From the NCBI GenBank assembly GCA_039586365.1, contig JBDHKN010000023.1, positions 1-64,000 on the forward strand: a stretch of 64,000 nucleotides of DNA, given 5' to 3'. Shown here piece by piece: positions 17,648 to 28,439 of this stretch (position 1 is the first letter of the stretch; each line of letters begins with the position of its first letter). This DNA is from Gemmatimonadota bacterium (lineage in GTDB: Bacteria; Gemmatimonadota; Gemmatimonadetes; Gemmatimonadales; GWC2-71-9). The notes beneath the pieces are model-generated. The model was not told where the DNA came from and made no database searches. It was given only the letters and a program-made list of their open reading frames with translations. A program made the position numbers and the translations under genes.

Positions 17648-20473
17648 ATGTCGCGTCACCTACTGACTTCGGTGGTTTACCTGTGTCTATTCACAACTAC
17701 GATTGCGATCCCTGGTGCGCACGCTCAATCCACCAGCGGTAAACATCCCATCACGCCAGCTGACTATGGGCAGTGGGAGACTCTGGGAAACGGCACGCTA
17801 TCACATGATGGCAGATGGCTGGCTTACCCGATCAGCAGGGTGAACGAAGAAAACGAGTTGCGCGTCCGGCGGCTCGAAGGGGAAGAGACGATCGTCGTAC
17901 CATACGGCACGCGCCCGGCGTTCTCCGATGACAGTCGTTGGCTGGCGTACGCGGTCGGCGTCAGCGTCGAGGAACGTAAGAAGCTGGAGAAGCAGAAGAA
18001 GCCAATACGCGATCAGCTCGGTCTCAGGAACCTCGTCACCGGTGACAGTCTGGCGATCGACGAGGTGGCGTCGTTCTCATTCTCGGATGACGGTGCTTAC
18101 TTGGCGATGCGTCGTTATCCACCGGCAAATGCCGACGACAGCAAGCACAAAGGGGTGGACCTCGTGGTCCGGACCTTGGCCACAGGTGTTGAAACCAATT
18201 TCGGCAACGTAGCAGAGTTCTCATGGCAGGAGGCGGGAACGCTGCTCGCTTTTGTCATCGACGCTGAGGGGCAAGCCGGCAACGGCGTTCAGGTGTTCGA
18301 TCCGGCAACAGGAATGCTGCGAACGCTGGACTCCAAGTCCACCCGCTATAAGGGGCTGACGTGGAGAGAGGAGAGCGATGACCTGGCTGTCCTGCGGGTT
18401 CGTCCGGGAGGTGAGGAATACGAGGACTCCACGCATGTGATTCTGGCGTGGCGCGGGCTCGGTGGGCGCGCACCGATGGAAGCGACGTTCGATCCTGACT
18501 CAACAGCCGCGTTTCCAGCGGACACCAGGATCGTGGACTATCGGTCGCTCACCTGGTCGGATGACGGGAGCATCGTCTTCTTCGGGATCAAGCAGCGGGA
18601 GAAGAAGACGGAGCCGTCCGATAGCGTTGCCGCCGACTCAGCCGGGACCGCGGCGGATTCCACGGGCACCGAGGACATCGAGGAATCTGAGGCGGACGAC
18701 GAGGAGGAGCCGAGCACGGTGCAGATCTGGCACGCCGACGATGTGGACATCTTTCCCCGCCAAAAGATCACCGCCAACGAGGACCGACAGGAGAACTACC
18801 TAGCCGCCTGGCATCTCGATGCTGGCAGGTTCGCGCAGCTAGGTAATGACCTCGTCGAGGATGTGACTCTCGTCGAGGGAGACAAACTTGCCATCGGGAC
18901 AGACGCCACACCCTACGAACAGGCGCGGATGTTCGGGCCGGAGTTTCGGGACATCTACGCAATAGATGTGGCGACAGGTGATGCGACCAAGGTGAAGGAG
19001 AGGATCCAGTACAATTACGGTCCGAGTTCAGGGGGCCAATACCTAGTGTACCTCGTCGACAACCACTACTGGACCTACGATTTGGACACCGGCCAACACA
19101 CCAACATCACAGAGGGAGTAGCGACTTCCTTCGTCAATCTGGAAGACGACCACACGGTGCAGCAGAAGCCACCGTTCGGTGTGGTGGGCTGGGCCAAGGA
19201 CGATCGGTCTCTACTGCTGTACGACAAATACGACATCTGGGAGCTAAGGCCAGACGGGTCCAGGGCCGAGCGAGTTACGCAGGGAGCGGAAGAGCGAATC
19301 CGCTACCGGCGCGTGCGCCTTGACCCCGACGAAGAATTCATCGACACGTCGGTCCCTCTGTATTTGAGCACTTATGGCGAGTGGAGCAAGGAGTACGGGT
19401 ATTCACGCGTTAGGGTCGGTCGGCAACCCGAGCGGCTGGTTTGGCTGCACACCAGTGTCGGGAGGCTCCAGCAAGCGGAGGACGCGGACGTGTTCGCCTA
19501 CGTGGTGCAGGATTTCGACGACTCGCCCGACTACTTCGTCGCGGGTGCGGATCTGGCCAATCCACGACAGGTTACGGAAACCAATCCGTTCCAAGGCGAC
19601 TTTGCCTGGGGCAGGTCAGAACTGATTGAATACGAGAACACATGGGGCAAGAAGCTGCAGGGTGCTCTGTTCTACCCTGCGGACTACGAGCCAGGTAGGC
19701 AGTATCCCATGATCGTCTACATCTACGAAATTCGCTCACCATCGGTACACAGCTACACAGTGCCATCGGATCGGAGCGCCTACAACACCACAGTGTTCAC
19801 TAGCCAGGGCTACTTCGTACTGCAGCCTGACATCGTGTATCGAGATCGGAATCCGGGTCTGTCGGCAGTGGAGGCAATCGAGCCGGCCGTCCAAAAAGTG
19901 CTCGAGACCGGTATGGTCGACCCAGCGCGAGTGGGTTTGACGGGCCATTCCTGGGGTGGCTATCAAACGGCTTTTGTGGTGACTCAGACCGATATGTTTG
20001 CGGCGGCCGTTGCCGGCGCACCACTGACCAATCTGGTGAGCATGTATCTGTCAGTATACTGGAACTCAGGCAGTACAGATGCGCGAATCTTCGAGATCAG
20101 CCAGGGACGCATGGAAGTGCCATTCTGGGAGGATGTGGATGCGTATGTCGCCAATTCCCCCGTTTTCCACGTAGCGGACATGAACACGCCGCTGCTTGTC
20201 GCTCACGGGACGGAGGACGGCGCAGTGGACTTCAACCAAGGGGTGGAATACTACAACGCGGCACGGCGGGCTGAGAAGGACTTCGTGCTGCTCGTTTACG
20301 AAGGTGAGAATCACGGTAATGCGAAGAAGGCCAATCAGATTGACTACCACCAGCGAATCGTGGACTGGTTTGGTCACTATCTGAAGGGTGAGCCTGCTCC
20401 AACTTGGATCAGTAGCGGCGTATCCTATCTCGAGCAGGAAAAGCTGCGTAAGAAGGAGAGTGGCGACAGGTAA
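17648..20473 (+). CDS. S9 family (prolyl oligopeptidase-like) exported peptidase
   Basis: Signal peptide from MSRHLL; beta-propeller; GHSWGG nucleophile, DGAV, GENHG. Confidence 0.92.
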   Translation: MSRHLLTSVVYLCLFTTTIAIPGAHAQSTSGKHPITPADYGQWETLGNGTLSHDGRWLAYPISRVNEENELRVRRLEGEETIVVPYGTRPAFSDDSRWLAYAVGVSVEERKKLEKQKKPIRDQLGLRNLVTGDSLAIDEVASFSFSDDGAYLAMRRYPPANADDSKHKGVDLVVRTLATGVETNFGNVAEFSWQEAGTLLAFVIDAEGQAGNGVQVFDPATGMLRTLDSKSTRYKGLTWREESDDLAVLRVRPGGEEYEDSTHVILAWRGLGGRAPMEATFDPDSTAAFPADTRIVDYRSLTWSDDGSIVFFGIKQREKKTEPSDSVAADSAGTAADSTGTEDIEESEADDEEEPSTVQIWHADDVDIFPRQKITANEDRQENYLAAWHLDAGRFAQLGNDLVEDVTLVEGDKLAIGTDATPYEQARMFGPEFRDIYAIDVATGDATKVKERIQYNYGPSSGGQYLVYLVDNHYWTYDLDTGQHTNITEGVATSFVNLEDDHTVQQKPPFGVVGWAKDDRSLLLYDKYDIWELRPDGSRAERVTQGAEERIRYRRVRLDPDEEFIDTSVPLYLSTYGEWSKEYGYSRVRVGRQPERLVWLHTSVGRLQQAEDADVFAYVVQDFDDSPDYFVAGADLANPRQVTETNPFQGDFAWGRSELIEYENTWGKKLQGALFYPADYEPGRQYPMIVYIYEIRSPSVHSYTVPSDRSAYNTTVFTSQGYFVLQPDIVYRDRNPGLSAVEAIEPAVQKVLETGMVDPARVGLTGHSWGGYQTAFVVTQTDMFAAAVAGAPLTNLVSMYLSVYWNSGSTDARIFEISQGRMEVPFWEDVDAYVANSPVFHVADMNTPLLVAHGTEDGAVDFNQGVEYYNAARRAEKDFVLLVYEGENHGNAKKANQIDYHQRIVDWFGHYLKGEPAPTWISSGVSYLEQEKLRKKESGDR

Positions 20474-20524
20474 CGCATGATCGCTACCGCTTCACTTGAA
20501 GCGGTGTGTTGCCGAGTCCAATAT

Positions 20525-21196
20525 CTACAGGGAGGGCTTCCAACCTTCGCCATTCCAGCACATCTCCCAAAACGTCCATTCGTACCGGCTCGAGAGCAGA
20601 AACAGCTCCTCGAGCCGTTGCTTCTTCGTGGACGAGGCTCCTTCTGCTACTCGGTTCAACTCGATCTTGAGCCAGTCAGCGGCTTGCTCGAATTCCTCGG
20701 ATGCGTACTGCTCTATCCAGTCGGCATAACGCTTGTCGTTCGGAGCATCGCGTTGCGCCAGATGTCTGGCGACGTACACGTATCCCCAGGCGCATGGAAG
20801 CAGTGCTGCTAGCAGGTCGGCCATGTCTCCGTCCGCTGCAACGCGAACCAGGAAATCGGTATACGCCCGTGTAGTGGGCCACATAGACTGTGCTTCCAGC
20901 TCAGTAGCAGATATACCGAATCGCTCCGCGTAGGTGCGATGCAGCGACATTTCAGTGTTCAGGGTGAGATTCAGAACTGCAGCATACCACCCCATTGAGT
21001 CTAGGTTGTCAGCTTTGGTCACCGCCCAGGCGAAAACGCGGGCAAATTCCTTGAGGTACAGGTAGTCCTGCAGCACCCAGCGCTTGAACTTCTCGATATC
21101 GAGCGAACCGTCACCAAGACCCTTGACGAACGGGTGTGACAGTTGAGCGTCCCAGATGGGTCTAGCTGCCTTGTGAAGATCGTCGGACAGGGTCAA
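20525..21196 (-). CDS. tenA: Thiaminase II / TenA
   Basis: HPFVKGLGDGSL..QDYLYL..E...H..LLPCAWGY..WIEQYAS..YEWTFWEM; TTG start after AAGGA. Confidence 0.92.
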   Translation of the reverse strand: MTLSDDLHKAARPIWDAQLSHPFVKGLGDGSLDIEKFKRWVLQDYLYLKEFARVFAWAVTKADNLDSMGWYAAVLNLTLNTEMSLHRTYAERFGISATELEAQSMWPTTRAYTDFLVRVAADGDMADLLAALLPCAWGYVYVARHLAQRDAPNDKRYADWIEQYASEEFEQAADWLKIELNRVAEGASSTKKQRLEELFLLSSRYEWTFWEMCWNGEGWKPSL

Positions 21197-21213
21197 TGGA
21201 CGGTCCTTTTGTG

Positions 21214-21315
21214 GGGAGCGGAGAGCTGGGAGCGGGGAGCTGTGCGCCCCTGCGCGGCGAGTCCTTCCATCTAATAGGGGAGAGGCCTGCTCCCGGCTCC
21301 CAGCTCTCCACTCCC
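21214..21315. repeat. Inverted pair of 7-mer tandem arrays (GGGAGCN)x4 / (NGCTCCC)x4
   Basis: gggagcg gagagct gggagcg gggagct ... tgctccc ggctccc agctctc cactccc. Confidence 0.8.
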
Positions 21316-21627
21316 CTTTGAGCATTTTTCACACGGACAGATCGCATGCAGAAAGTCGTACGTGTAGATACCTGTGCTGTGTCCGTCGTTCCAGTCTATC
21401 CTGATTGCATAGCTGCCAACCAGGGAGATCTTCAGTGGACTAATGTCCTCCGGCACCGCAGCCGGGTCGATCAAGGGAACACCTGTCATCTCGTCCCTGC
21501 ACCGCGCGCACTGGCACCTGAGCCTCAGGTCGCGTGCGGGGTATAACCCCTTGTGGTCGTCGTCCCATGTGATTGCGATGTCGCGTTCACCACGGTGAAT
21601 CTGCTTGGGAATTCGTAGCTCAGTCAT
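21271..21627 (-). CDS. DUF971 / GBBH-like N-terminal domain protein
   Basis: ITWDDDH..LRLRCQCARC..VGSYAIRIDWNDGHSTGIYTYDFL..CPCEKC. Confidence 0.9.
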   Translation of the reverse strand: MTELRIPKQIHRGERDIAITWDDDHKGLYPARDLRLRCQCARCRDEMTGVPLIDPAAVPEDISPLKISLVGSYAIRIDWNDGHSTGIYTYDFLHAICPCEKCSKGSGELGAGSRPLPY

Positions 21628-21695
21628 GCCACAGGTGTTCTCCGGAATTCCAAGGGACCCGCCCCGGATACACTCGCACCATCGCCCACCGTCCT

Positions 21696-22700
21696 TCACA
21701 TTCTCTCTTGTTGCCCTTTGGTGCCCGCCCTGATCCCCGCCAACGTTTCCAACCCGATGTTACCGCCACTGACGACCACCGCGATGTGCTTCCCGTGGGC
21801 CGCGAACTTCCCGGACAGCAGAGCCGCGATTCCCACTGCACCTCCGCCTTCCACCACTAGCTTTAGCTCCACGGCTGCGAACTCCATCGCCTCGCGGATC
21901 TCATCCTCCGTGACGAGCAGATGTTCATCGACATGGTCCTGCACCAACTGGAATGTGTATCTGTTGTCCAGTCCGATTCCTCCCGACAGTGCACTGGCGA
22001 CAGTCTCGTCCTCAGGAAATGCAATCGGCCTCCCGGCCTTCAAGCTCTCGAACATGACCCTTGCGTTGGCAGCCGATACCGCAACGACTCGGACGTTGGG
22101 ATCCGCCGACTTCGTGGCCAGAGCGATTCCGCCTATCAGGCCCCCACCTGATAGCGGCACTAGGACGGTATCGAGATCGGGGTCCTGCTCGAGGAGTTCG
22201 AGACCGATGGTACCCTGGCCAGCAATTATGAGTGGATCGTCAAACGGATTGACGTAGGTCAACCCCTGTTCTCGTTGGATCTCATAGGAACGCTGCTCGG
22301 CGGCGTCGTAGCTGTCTCCATGGAGGACTGCCACAGCACCGTATCGCTTGATGGCTGCGAGCTTGGTGGAGTCGACCCATTCCGGGACGCAAACGGTTGC
22401 CCTCACTCCCAGGAGATCGGCGACATAGGCGACTGCTTTGCCATGATTACCACTCGAGCAAGTGACAATCCCACGTGCTCTTTCCTCACCCGAGAGGGCT
22501 AGCAACCTGTTCGCAGCACCCCGGACCTTGAACGAACCCGTGACCTGCAGGTTCTCCAGCTTCAGCGTTACCGGAGCTCCCGTGAGGTCAGACAAGACAC
22601 GCGATCGCAGCACCGGAGACTGCAGCGCAACGTTAGCGATCGCGTGTCTGGCTGCGACTACCTGATCCAGACCTAGCGGTACCGAGCTGGTTGAGTCCAC
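21696..22700 (-). CDS. PLP-dependent threonine/serine dehydratase (catalytic domain only; IlvA/EutB-like)
   Basis: KLENLQVTGSFKVRGA, SSGNHG, GQGTIGLE, SGGGLIGG, SGGNI. Confidence 0.9.
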   Translation of the reverse strand: MDSTSSVPLGLDQVVAARHAIANVALQSPVLRSRVLSDLTGAPVTLKLENLQVTGSFKVRGAANRLLALSGEERARGIVTCSSGNHGKAVAYVADLLGVRATVCVPEWVDSTKLAAIKRYGAVAVLHGDSYDAAEQRSYEIQREQGLTYVNPFDDPLIIAGQGTIGLELLEQDPDLDTVLVPLSGGGLIGGIALATKSADPNVRVVAVSAANARVMFESLKAGRPIAFPEDETVASALSGGIGLDNRYTFQLVQDHVDEHLLVTEDEIREAMEFAAVELKLVVEGGGAVGIAALLSGKFAAHGKHIAVVVSGGNIGLETLAGIRAGTKGQQERM

Positions 22701-22745
22701 TTCAGCTCAGGCGAACGGTGCCATATTGTCCGGCATCAGCCAATG

Positions 22746-23036
22746 CTAACCTTGCTCGTTGGCTCGGCCATAGGAACCTCTCGCAAGCAACCGCTCAGCA
22801 AAATCGATTCGTTCGTGCAACTCCGAGATCTCACCGACCAATTGATCGCGCATTTCACGATTCTCAGTCCGCAAAGCCTCGATGGCCTCAAGGAGTACGG
22901 CATTGTCTCCCCCTGCCGAGAGTTCCTTGCGTTTGAGCCATGCGCCGAGCACGATCTTGATGGCGACGAGGGAGAACCCGCTCAGCGTGAGGATCCCAAT
23001 GACCGTGAAGAGCGTGTCGAAGTTACCAGGTGTCAT
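22746..23036 (-). CDS. Small membrane-anchored coiled-coil protein
   Basis: One TM then ELHERIDFAERLL. Confidence 0.7.
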   Translation of the reverse strand: MTPGNFDTLFTVIGILTLSGFSLVAIKIVLGAWLKRKELSAGGDNAVLLEAIEALRTENREMRDQLVGEISELHERIDFAERLLARGSYGRANEQG

Positions 23037-23060
23037 TTGCGATTCTTCTCAGGTCTCGCC

Positions 23061-24785
23061 TCAATTCTCGGTGCTGGAATAGACTACCTTGCCTCCAAGT
23101 ATGGTATGGACAACCGCGGCGCTCGGGATCTCGTCCTCGGGAATCGTCATGATATCTTTGGAAAGCACGACGATGTCGGCGAACTTCCCTGGTGTCAGCG
23201 ATCCCATGACATCCTCTGCAAAGGCGGCGTACGCGTTGTTCAGCGTGTAGGACCGCAGCGCCTCTTCGCGTGTCATCCGCTGATTCGGGAAGAACAGCGA
23301 CCCGTCGCTCAGCTTCCGGGTCACGGAAGCGTAGAATCCGGCAATGGGGTCAATGTCCTCAACGGGAGTGTCGGTGCCGTTCATGACGACGGCCCCGGTG
23401 TTCATGAGATCCCGCCACAGGTAGGCGCCTTCCTCTGCCCGCTGGGTCCCGAGCCGCTTGTACACCCACGGCGCGTCCGAGGTGCAATGGATCCCCTGCA
23501 TTGCAGCAATGACTCCCAAACCCGCGAACCGGTTGAGGTCATCGCGGTGCAAGTGTTGAGCGTGCTCGATGCGCCAGCGTAGATCGGTCTCTTCCGGATT
23601 GGCTTGGAACGCAGCTTGGTAGATGTCCAACACTTCACGGTTGGCGCGATCTCCAATGGCGTGTGTGTTCAGCTGGAAACCGTGCTCGATCGCGATCTCA
23701 GCAGTCCGCGTGATGTCGTCCACGGGCTCGAGCACCAGTCCTGTGCTCTGTGGCAGATCTTCGTAAGGCTCGAGCAACCAGGCGCCATGGGCGCCCAGAG
23801 CGCCGTCTATCTGCCGCTTGATCGAGCGCACGGTCAGGAAACCGTTGGCGTAGTCGATCAGCCGATAATCCGGTAGTCTTTCCGCCATCTCCTCGTTGGT
23901 TTGGTACCGGACCATCACGTACAGCCGGACGGGCAGCCTGCCCTCGTCTGCCAGCTCTTTGAACAGATCGATTGTCTCGAACGAGGCCCCCGCATCGTGG
24001 AAACTCGTGACCCCTTTGGACAATGCCTCTTGTCCGGCCATTTCCACCACAGCCACGTCATGAGCCCGCTTCTCCTCCGGAGTTCGGCCCGCCTCAGATC
24101 GAGCGATGGCTTCCCTGACTGGCAATTGCGCCTTTTCGCGCAGAGCTCCGGTCGGGTTGCCAGCACGGTCGTGCAGGATCTCTCCACCGGCAGGATCGGG
24201 AGTGTCGCTAGTGATGCCCGCGAGTTCGAGAGCCCTTGCGTTGGCGAAAGATGCGTGACCACTGGCATGGGTCAGGAGGACGGGATTATCAGGCGAGACC
24301 CTGCTCAATCCCTGGTGCAAGGGAAGCCCATCGACCGACGGCCGCGGTGTAAGGTCCCACTTTTCCTGATGCCATCCGTGACCCAGTATCCACTCTCCCG
24401 GCGCGGATTCCGCCACGGCAGCCGCCACGATCGTGACGATCTCATCCCAGTTTCGCGCGGCCGTAAGGTCCAGCATCATTTTCGATTGGCCTAACGACGT
24501 GTAGTGGCCGTGCCCCTCGATGAAGCCGGGGACCGCCAGTCTCCCGTTCAGATCGATCACTTCGGTGTACTGGCCGATGTACCTCGCAATCTCGCCGTCG
24601 CTGCCTACGGCAATGATCTTGTCACCCGATACGGCCATTGCCTGGGCCTCCGGGTGAGCCGAATCGACCGTGACGATCTTGCCGTTACGCAGTACGAGAT
24701 CGGCGGGCTGCGCCCCGCAAGCTGCAAGGTGACCGAGGGTCATGAGTAAAGCAAGCGAGTGACTCCGTGTATGGTGCCATGTCAT
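23061..24785 (-). CDS. YtcJ-like amidohydrolase, lipoprotein
   Basis: PGFIEGHGH, HAIGDRAN, RIEHAQ, GTDTPV, GSLTPGKFADIVVL. Confidence 0.92.
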   Translation of the reverse strand: MTWHHTRSHSLALLMTLGHLAACGAQPADLVLRNGKIVTVDSAHPEAQAMAVSGDKIIAVGSDGEIARYIGQYTEVIDLNGRLAVPGFIEGHGHYTSLGQSKMMLDLTAARNWDEIVTIVAAAVAESAPGEWILGHGWHQEKWDLTPRPSVDGLPLHQGLSRVSPDNPVLLTHASGHASFANARALELAGITSDTPDPAGGEILHDRAGNPTGALREKAQLPVREAIARSEAGRTPEEKRAHDVAVVEMAGQEALSKGVTSFHDAGASFETIDLFKELADEGRLPVRLYVMVRYQTNEEMAERLPDYRLIDYANGFLTVRSIKRQIDGALGAHGAWLLEPYEDLPQSTGLVLEPVDDITRTAEIAIEHGFQLNTHAIGDRANREVLDIYQAAFQANPEETDLRWRIEHAQHLHRDDLNRFAGLGVIAAMQGIHCTSDAPWVYKRLGTQRAEEGAYLWRDLMNTGAVVMNGTDTPVEDIDPIAGFYASVTRKLSDGSLFFPNQRMTREEALRSYTLNNAYAAFAEDVMGSLTPGKFADIVVLSKDIMTIPEDEIPSAAVVHTILGGKVVYSSTEN

Positions 24786-24864
24786 CTTGTTTCTCCAGGC
24801 CTCGCCGATTGTATGAACCACAGCTTGAAAGATAGCGTGAACGCGGCCCACCCGGACCGATGCC

Positions 24865-25911
24865 CTAGCGTCGTACCGCGGTCCAGCGCTTGATCTCTTC
24901 GCGAACGTCTCCCGCTGTGCCCGCACGTTCAAGGGCGCTCCACAGCCTGGCTACGGTTTCCTGGTCGACCAGGCCGGGTGGCGATCCCACAGCCGGGGTA
25001 GAAAGCCGCGCCGCTGCCCTGAATGCGTCCACTGCGTGGACCACCTCCTCCGTGTACAGGAATCTGTCCGGTCCAGGAAGCAGACTGTCTGCATCCGGCT
25101 GGAAGTATCCCAGTGCATGAAGCATCACCTTGAGCTGCCACACATCGTTGCCGGTGAACTGCTGGAGTTCACGGAATCCCAGCGTTTGCGAGATTGTGTT
25201 GTAGCTGCGGCGCAGCTCGGCCACGGGAGTGGGGTGCTCACACACGTTGATGTTGGCGGTGATTCCGTCGGGCCGCCTGGAACGGCCCCGGCGAGAGTCG
25301 GCGACCACCACTGCGGCGGACTGCACTCGTCCCTTGCGGGCATCGCCTCCCATCCCTTGGCCGGCAGCCAGAGCCTCGATGAGGCGGTCGGCCAAATGGT
25401 GCCCGGTTCCCTCTGTGCTCTCGAAACTGGCGCTCACGGCCTCCAGTACTTGCGGGCCTTCCAGCAGGTTGCCCTGCGTTACGTAATTGGGTCCTGCGCG
25501 GTGGCCTGCCCACGGATTGGTGCTGTCGCCGGTGTGCTGGGCGCTTCCGCCTTGCAGGCCGATCACGCCGACTTGGCGCCGCGCTGCCCGGTCGTCCGCA
25601 CCGATGGCGCCTGCCAAAGCTTCCTGAGCCGACACGCCTTGTGCCAGCAGCTCCAACAGCTCGTTGCCGTACTCCGTCCGGGTGGACGCCTGGGTTGCCA
25701 CTGCTCCCACTCCGGCACGCACCCAGGGAACTCCGTTCCCGACGCATGCAACGCGAGTGGTTACGGCGACACCGACCTCGCCCGTCGCAGTGTCGACTGC
25801 TGCGATCGAGAAGGTCGAGAACTCCAGGTTGCGTCCCCAGGTCACTGGTTCCTGCGACAGCAGTGGCTGGGCAGCCAAAGAGCAGGCAGCGGGAATCAAG
25901 ATGCAGCGCAT
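24865..25911 (-). CDS. DUF1028 (Ntn-hydrolase-like) protein with C-terminal peptidoglycan-binding domain
   Basis: STFSIAAVD..GEVGVAV..GAVATQA..RQVGVI..HTG..QGNLL..GGDARKG..SAA; G.DVWQLKVMLHALGY. Confidence 0.88.
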   Translation of the reverse strand: MRCILIPAACSLAAQPLLSQEPVTWGRNLEFSTFSIAAVDTATGEVGVAVTTRVACVGNGVPWVRAGVGAVATQASTRTEYGNELLELLAQGVSAQEALAGAIGADDRAARRQVGVIGLQGGSAQHTGDSTNPWAGHRAGPNYVTQGNLLEGPQVLEAVSASFESTEGTGHHLADRLIEALAAGQGMGGDARKGRVQSAAVVVADSRRGRSRRPDGITANINVCEHPTPVAELRRSYNTISQTLGFRELQQFTGNDVWQLKVMLHALGYFQPDADSLLPGPDRFLYTEEVVHAVDAFRAAARLSTPAVGSPPGLVDQETVARLWSALERAGTAGDVREEIKRWTAVRR

Positions 25912-26033
25912 TGAGCAGTCCTCCAAGTGAGACCCTTGCGGTTGTTGTGTGCCCGGGCGGCCACTGCACAGTGTCCACCCGCCACAGCGCCCAGAGAACA
26001 CCACCTGCACCGGGCATTCAAGTGAAGTAAGTG

Positions 26034-28433
26034 CTAGGACACGACATCGGGTTCCGTCGGTGCCTTGCAGCTCAGCACCATGGCAACACTGTATGCTGCA
26101 GCGCCGAGGAAGAATAGCGCGCGGGATCCGGTTTCCAGGGCGATCAGGGCCGCTAGCGGTGCCGCAACGACCGATGCGAACCCGTTCGCTGCCCACGCCC
26201 AGGCGATCCGCTTGCTGTCTGTATGGGCAAAGAGACGCAGTCCGAGCGGGAACAACCGCCCCATCAGATAGGCCAATGGTGCGAGTAGTACGGCAGCAGA
26301 AGCCGCACGGATGGTAAGAGATGTGGCTTGCAGGAAGTGCACGACGGAGAGCAACGCCGCTCCCAGGATCACAAGTATCGCAGCCAATAGCGCGGCTGTC
26401 AGCTGGATGCTGGACGGGTTGAGACGATCAGACCGGATGCTGCCGATGCCCGAACAGACGAGGAACGATGCTAGGACGACCGCGACACCGTAGATCGGAT
26501 GGCCGAGGAGCAGGCCAATCTGCTGGATGGCCGCGATCTCAGCCGCGAGATACGCCACGCCGATTGCGGTGAAGTAGCCTACCGTTGGCCACCAATCGGT
26601 ACCCAATCGCTTTGCACCGGTCGCCACTGCCGGGAGCAACATGAGGAGACCCGCAAGAACGGCACTCTGCAGCAGCGTTGCAACCAGGGCAATCGGTCCC
26701 CACTCAGCATAGGGCAGCCACCCGCCGCGGTCGCTCGTGAGCAGCCTTGGTAGTGAGCCGATCCGGAGAAAATGGTGCGGGTAGGGGCGTGAGTCTCCGA
26801 CTGGAGACACGTTGAAAGGGTAGGCTGAAGTGAAGTCGGCCAGGCTGTCGGCTCCATGAGTGGCCGCCGCCGCAGCGCGAAATAGTGGCGCGTCTTCGAG
26901 CAAATGGAATGTGGAGTTGGGCGCGCTCATACTGGGGTACCAATCCAGATCAAACAGCCGGGTCGCGGTCCAGTCTCGTAGCCTCGCAACCTCAGCCTCG
27001 TCGAACCCCGCTGGTCTAGCAAGCACAGTGGTCGTACCCCAGCTGCGGGCAACCACGAGTTGGCTATCCACGACCGCGGAAGCAGAACCTCTCAGGGCTT
27101 CGGCCACGGTGAGGATGACCCGAACACTCTCTCGAGGGGGCAGCGTCAGCCAACGGGTGATCGCCAGAATCCCTTGGGGCGTAAGATGTTCGAGGTAGCT
27201 GCTGTAGGCATCGACCGTGTGCAAGAAGTCCTCGTTGAGGGAGTGCACACCCGCTGCGGAGGTCCCCAATCCTCCGGCAGGCGGTAGCACAATCAGATCG
27301 TACTTCTCGCTGGTACGGGCCACGAAGCTCCGCGCATCCGCGACGACCCAATGCACCTTGCGTTGTTCCGGATGACCGGCGAAAGCAGAGCTTGCGAGAT
27401 CGACGAGGTCGGGGTGCAGCTCTATTGCTGTAACCGCTCTCGCGCCGTGCGCCAGGGCGCTGTGAACTTCGCTGCCGCCACCGGCCGCCACCACAAGGAC
27501 GTGGCTTGGCGCGCCAAGGGCATAAGGTAGGGCTGAGGGTAGCCAGTCCAGTAACCCTGCGGCGCTGGAGTCCGCTGGCTGATTAATGGTGGCACCGACC
27601 AGATCGCCGTCAACGAAAACCGCCGTCTGTTTGGGTAGCTCACCCTGAAATCCCAACGACAATCCTGGAGCGAAATGAAAGGCGTCAGCCTCTGTGGCAA
27701 CTAGCCAACCAACCGGACTGGTGCGCTCGTGCACCCGCCTCGCGCCGGGGAACGCTGCGACCTGCGGTAGGCCTTTATAGGGAGACACCTCAATGCGCCA
27801 CAGTGGCGTGATCAGGACGAACACCGACAGAGCAACCAGAATCCACGCCGAGATTGACGCAAGATGTCTGGGAGCAGACTTGGGTGTAGCAGCTACGGCA
27901 CCTATGGCCGCCAGGACTGCCGGAACGGACAGTACGCGTTGCGGGAAGAGATAAGCCAGCATTCCCACCGCCAAGGCTGCACCCAAGCCAGCCCCGATGA
28001 AGTTCGCTCCGTACATGCGTCCTGGGTGTTCTCGCTCGATGGTGAGTCCCAGGAGAATCGCCATCGCTCCGACACCGAACGGCAAGGCGAGCAGGAGATA
28101 GATCGCAGCGAGTCGAATCCATTGCGACGAATCCCACACCAATTGTGTTGCGTCCAGTGCCACCAAATGAACCAGCGTGGGACTTGCCACCAATGAAATC
28201 ACTGTTGCGTGAGTACTCCACCCAAACCATCGCTCGACTGTGGTGGATTCGAGCCTCCCCGTTAGGGCCAGGATCGTGCCGCTCGTGCCAAATCCCAACA
28301 TGGCAACCGAAATCGCCATATACGCGAAATGATGGAAGTGTTCTATGGCGAAGATTCTTACTAGGAGGATTTCGTATGCCAGAGTGCCAGCTGATAGGAA
28401 AGCTACGGCCAGCTTCCGATCGAGTCGCTTCAC
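26034..28433 (-). CDS. Membrane-fused spermidine-synthase-like SAM-binding protein
   Basis: N- and C-terminal TM blocks (YEILLVRIF; AWAWAANGFASV) around VLVVAAGGG..AIELHP..DARSF..YDLI. Confidence 0.85.
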   Translation of the reverse strand: MKRLDRKLAVAFLSAGTLAYEILLVRIFAIEHFHHFAYMAISVAMLGFGTSGTILALTGRLESTTVERWFGWSTHATVISLVASPTLVHLVALDATQLVWDSSQWIRLAAIYLLLALPFGVGAMAILLGLTIEREHPGRMYGANFIGAGLGAALAVGMLAYLFPQRVLSVPAVLAAIGAVAATPKSAPRHLASISAWILVALSVFVLITPLWRIEVSPYKGLPQVAAFPGARRVHERTSPVGWLVATEADAFHFAPGLSLGFQGELPKQTAVFVDGDLVGATINQPADSSAAGLLDWLPSALPYALGAPSHVLVVAAGGGSEVHSALAHGARAVTAIELHPDLVDLASSAFAGHPEQRKVHWVVADARSFVARTSEKYDLIVLPPAGGLGTSAAGVHSLNEDFLHTVDAYSSYLEHLTPQGILAITRWLTLPPRESVRVILTVAEALRGSASAVVDSQLVVARSWGTTTVLARPAGFDEAEVARLRDWTATRLFDLDWYPSMSAPNSTFHLLEDAPLFRAAAAATHGADSLADFTSAYPFNVSPVGDSRPYPHHFLRIGSLPRLLTSDRGGWLPYAEWGPIALVATLLQSAVLAGLLMLLPAVATGAKRLGTDWWPTVGYFTAIGVAYLAAEIAAIQQIGLLLGHPIYGVAVVLASFLVCSGIGSIRSDRLNPSSIQLTAALLAAILVILGAALLSVVHFLQATSLTIRAASAAVLLAPLAYLMGRLFPLGLRLFAHTDSKRIAWAWAANGFASVVAAPLAALIALETGSRALFFLGAAAYSVAMVLSCKAPTEPDVVS

Positions 28434-28439
28434 GGCAAG

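Noticed and set aside
21196..21330. TPP riboswitch ahead of tenA
   Set aside because: No CTGAGA or ACCTGA..GGGA core; the region is explained by 7-mer repeats.
22743..23582. 279-aa plus-strand ORF and similar long antisense ORFs (25036, 42533, 49842)
   Set aside because: Shadows of well-supported opposite-strand genes in GC-rich DNA.
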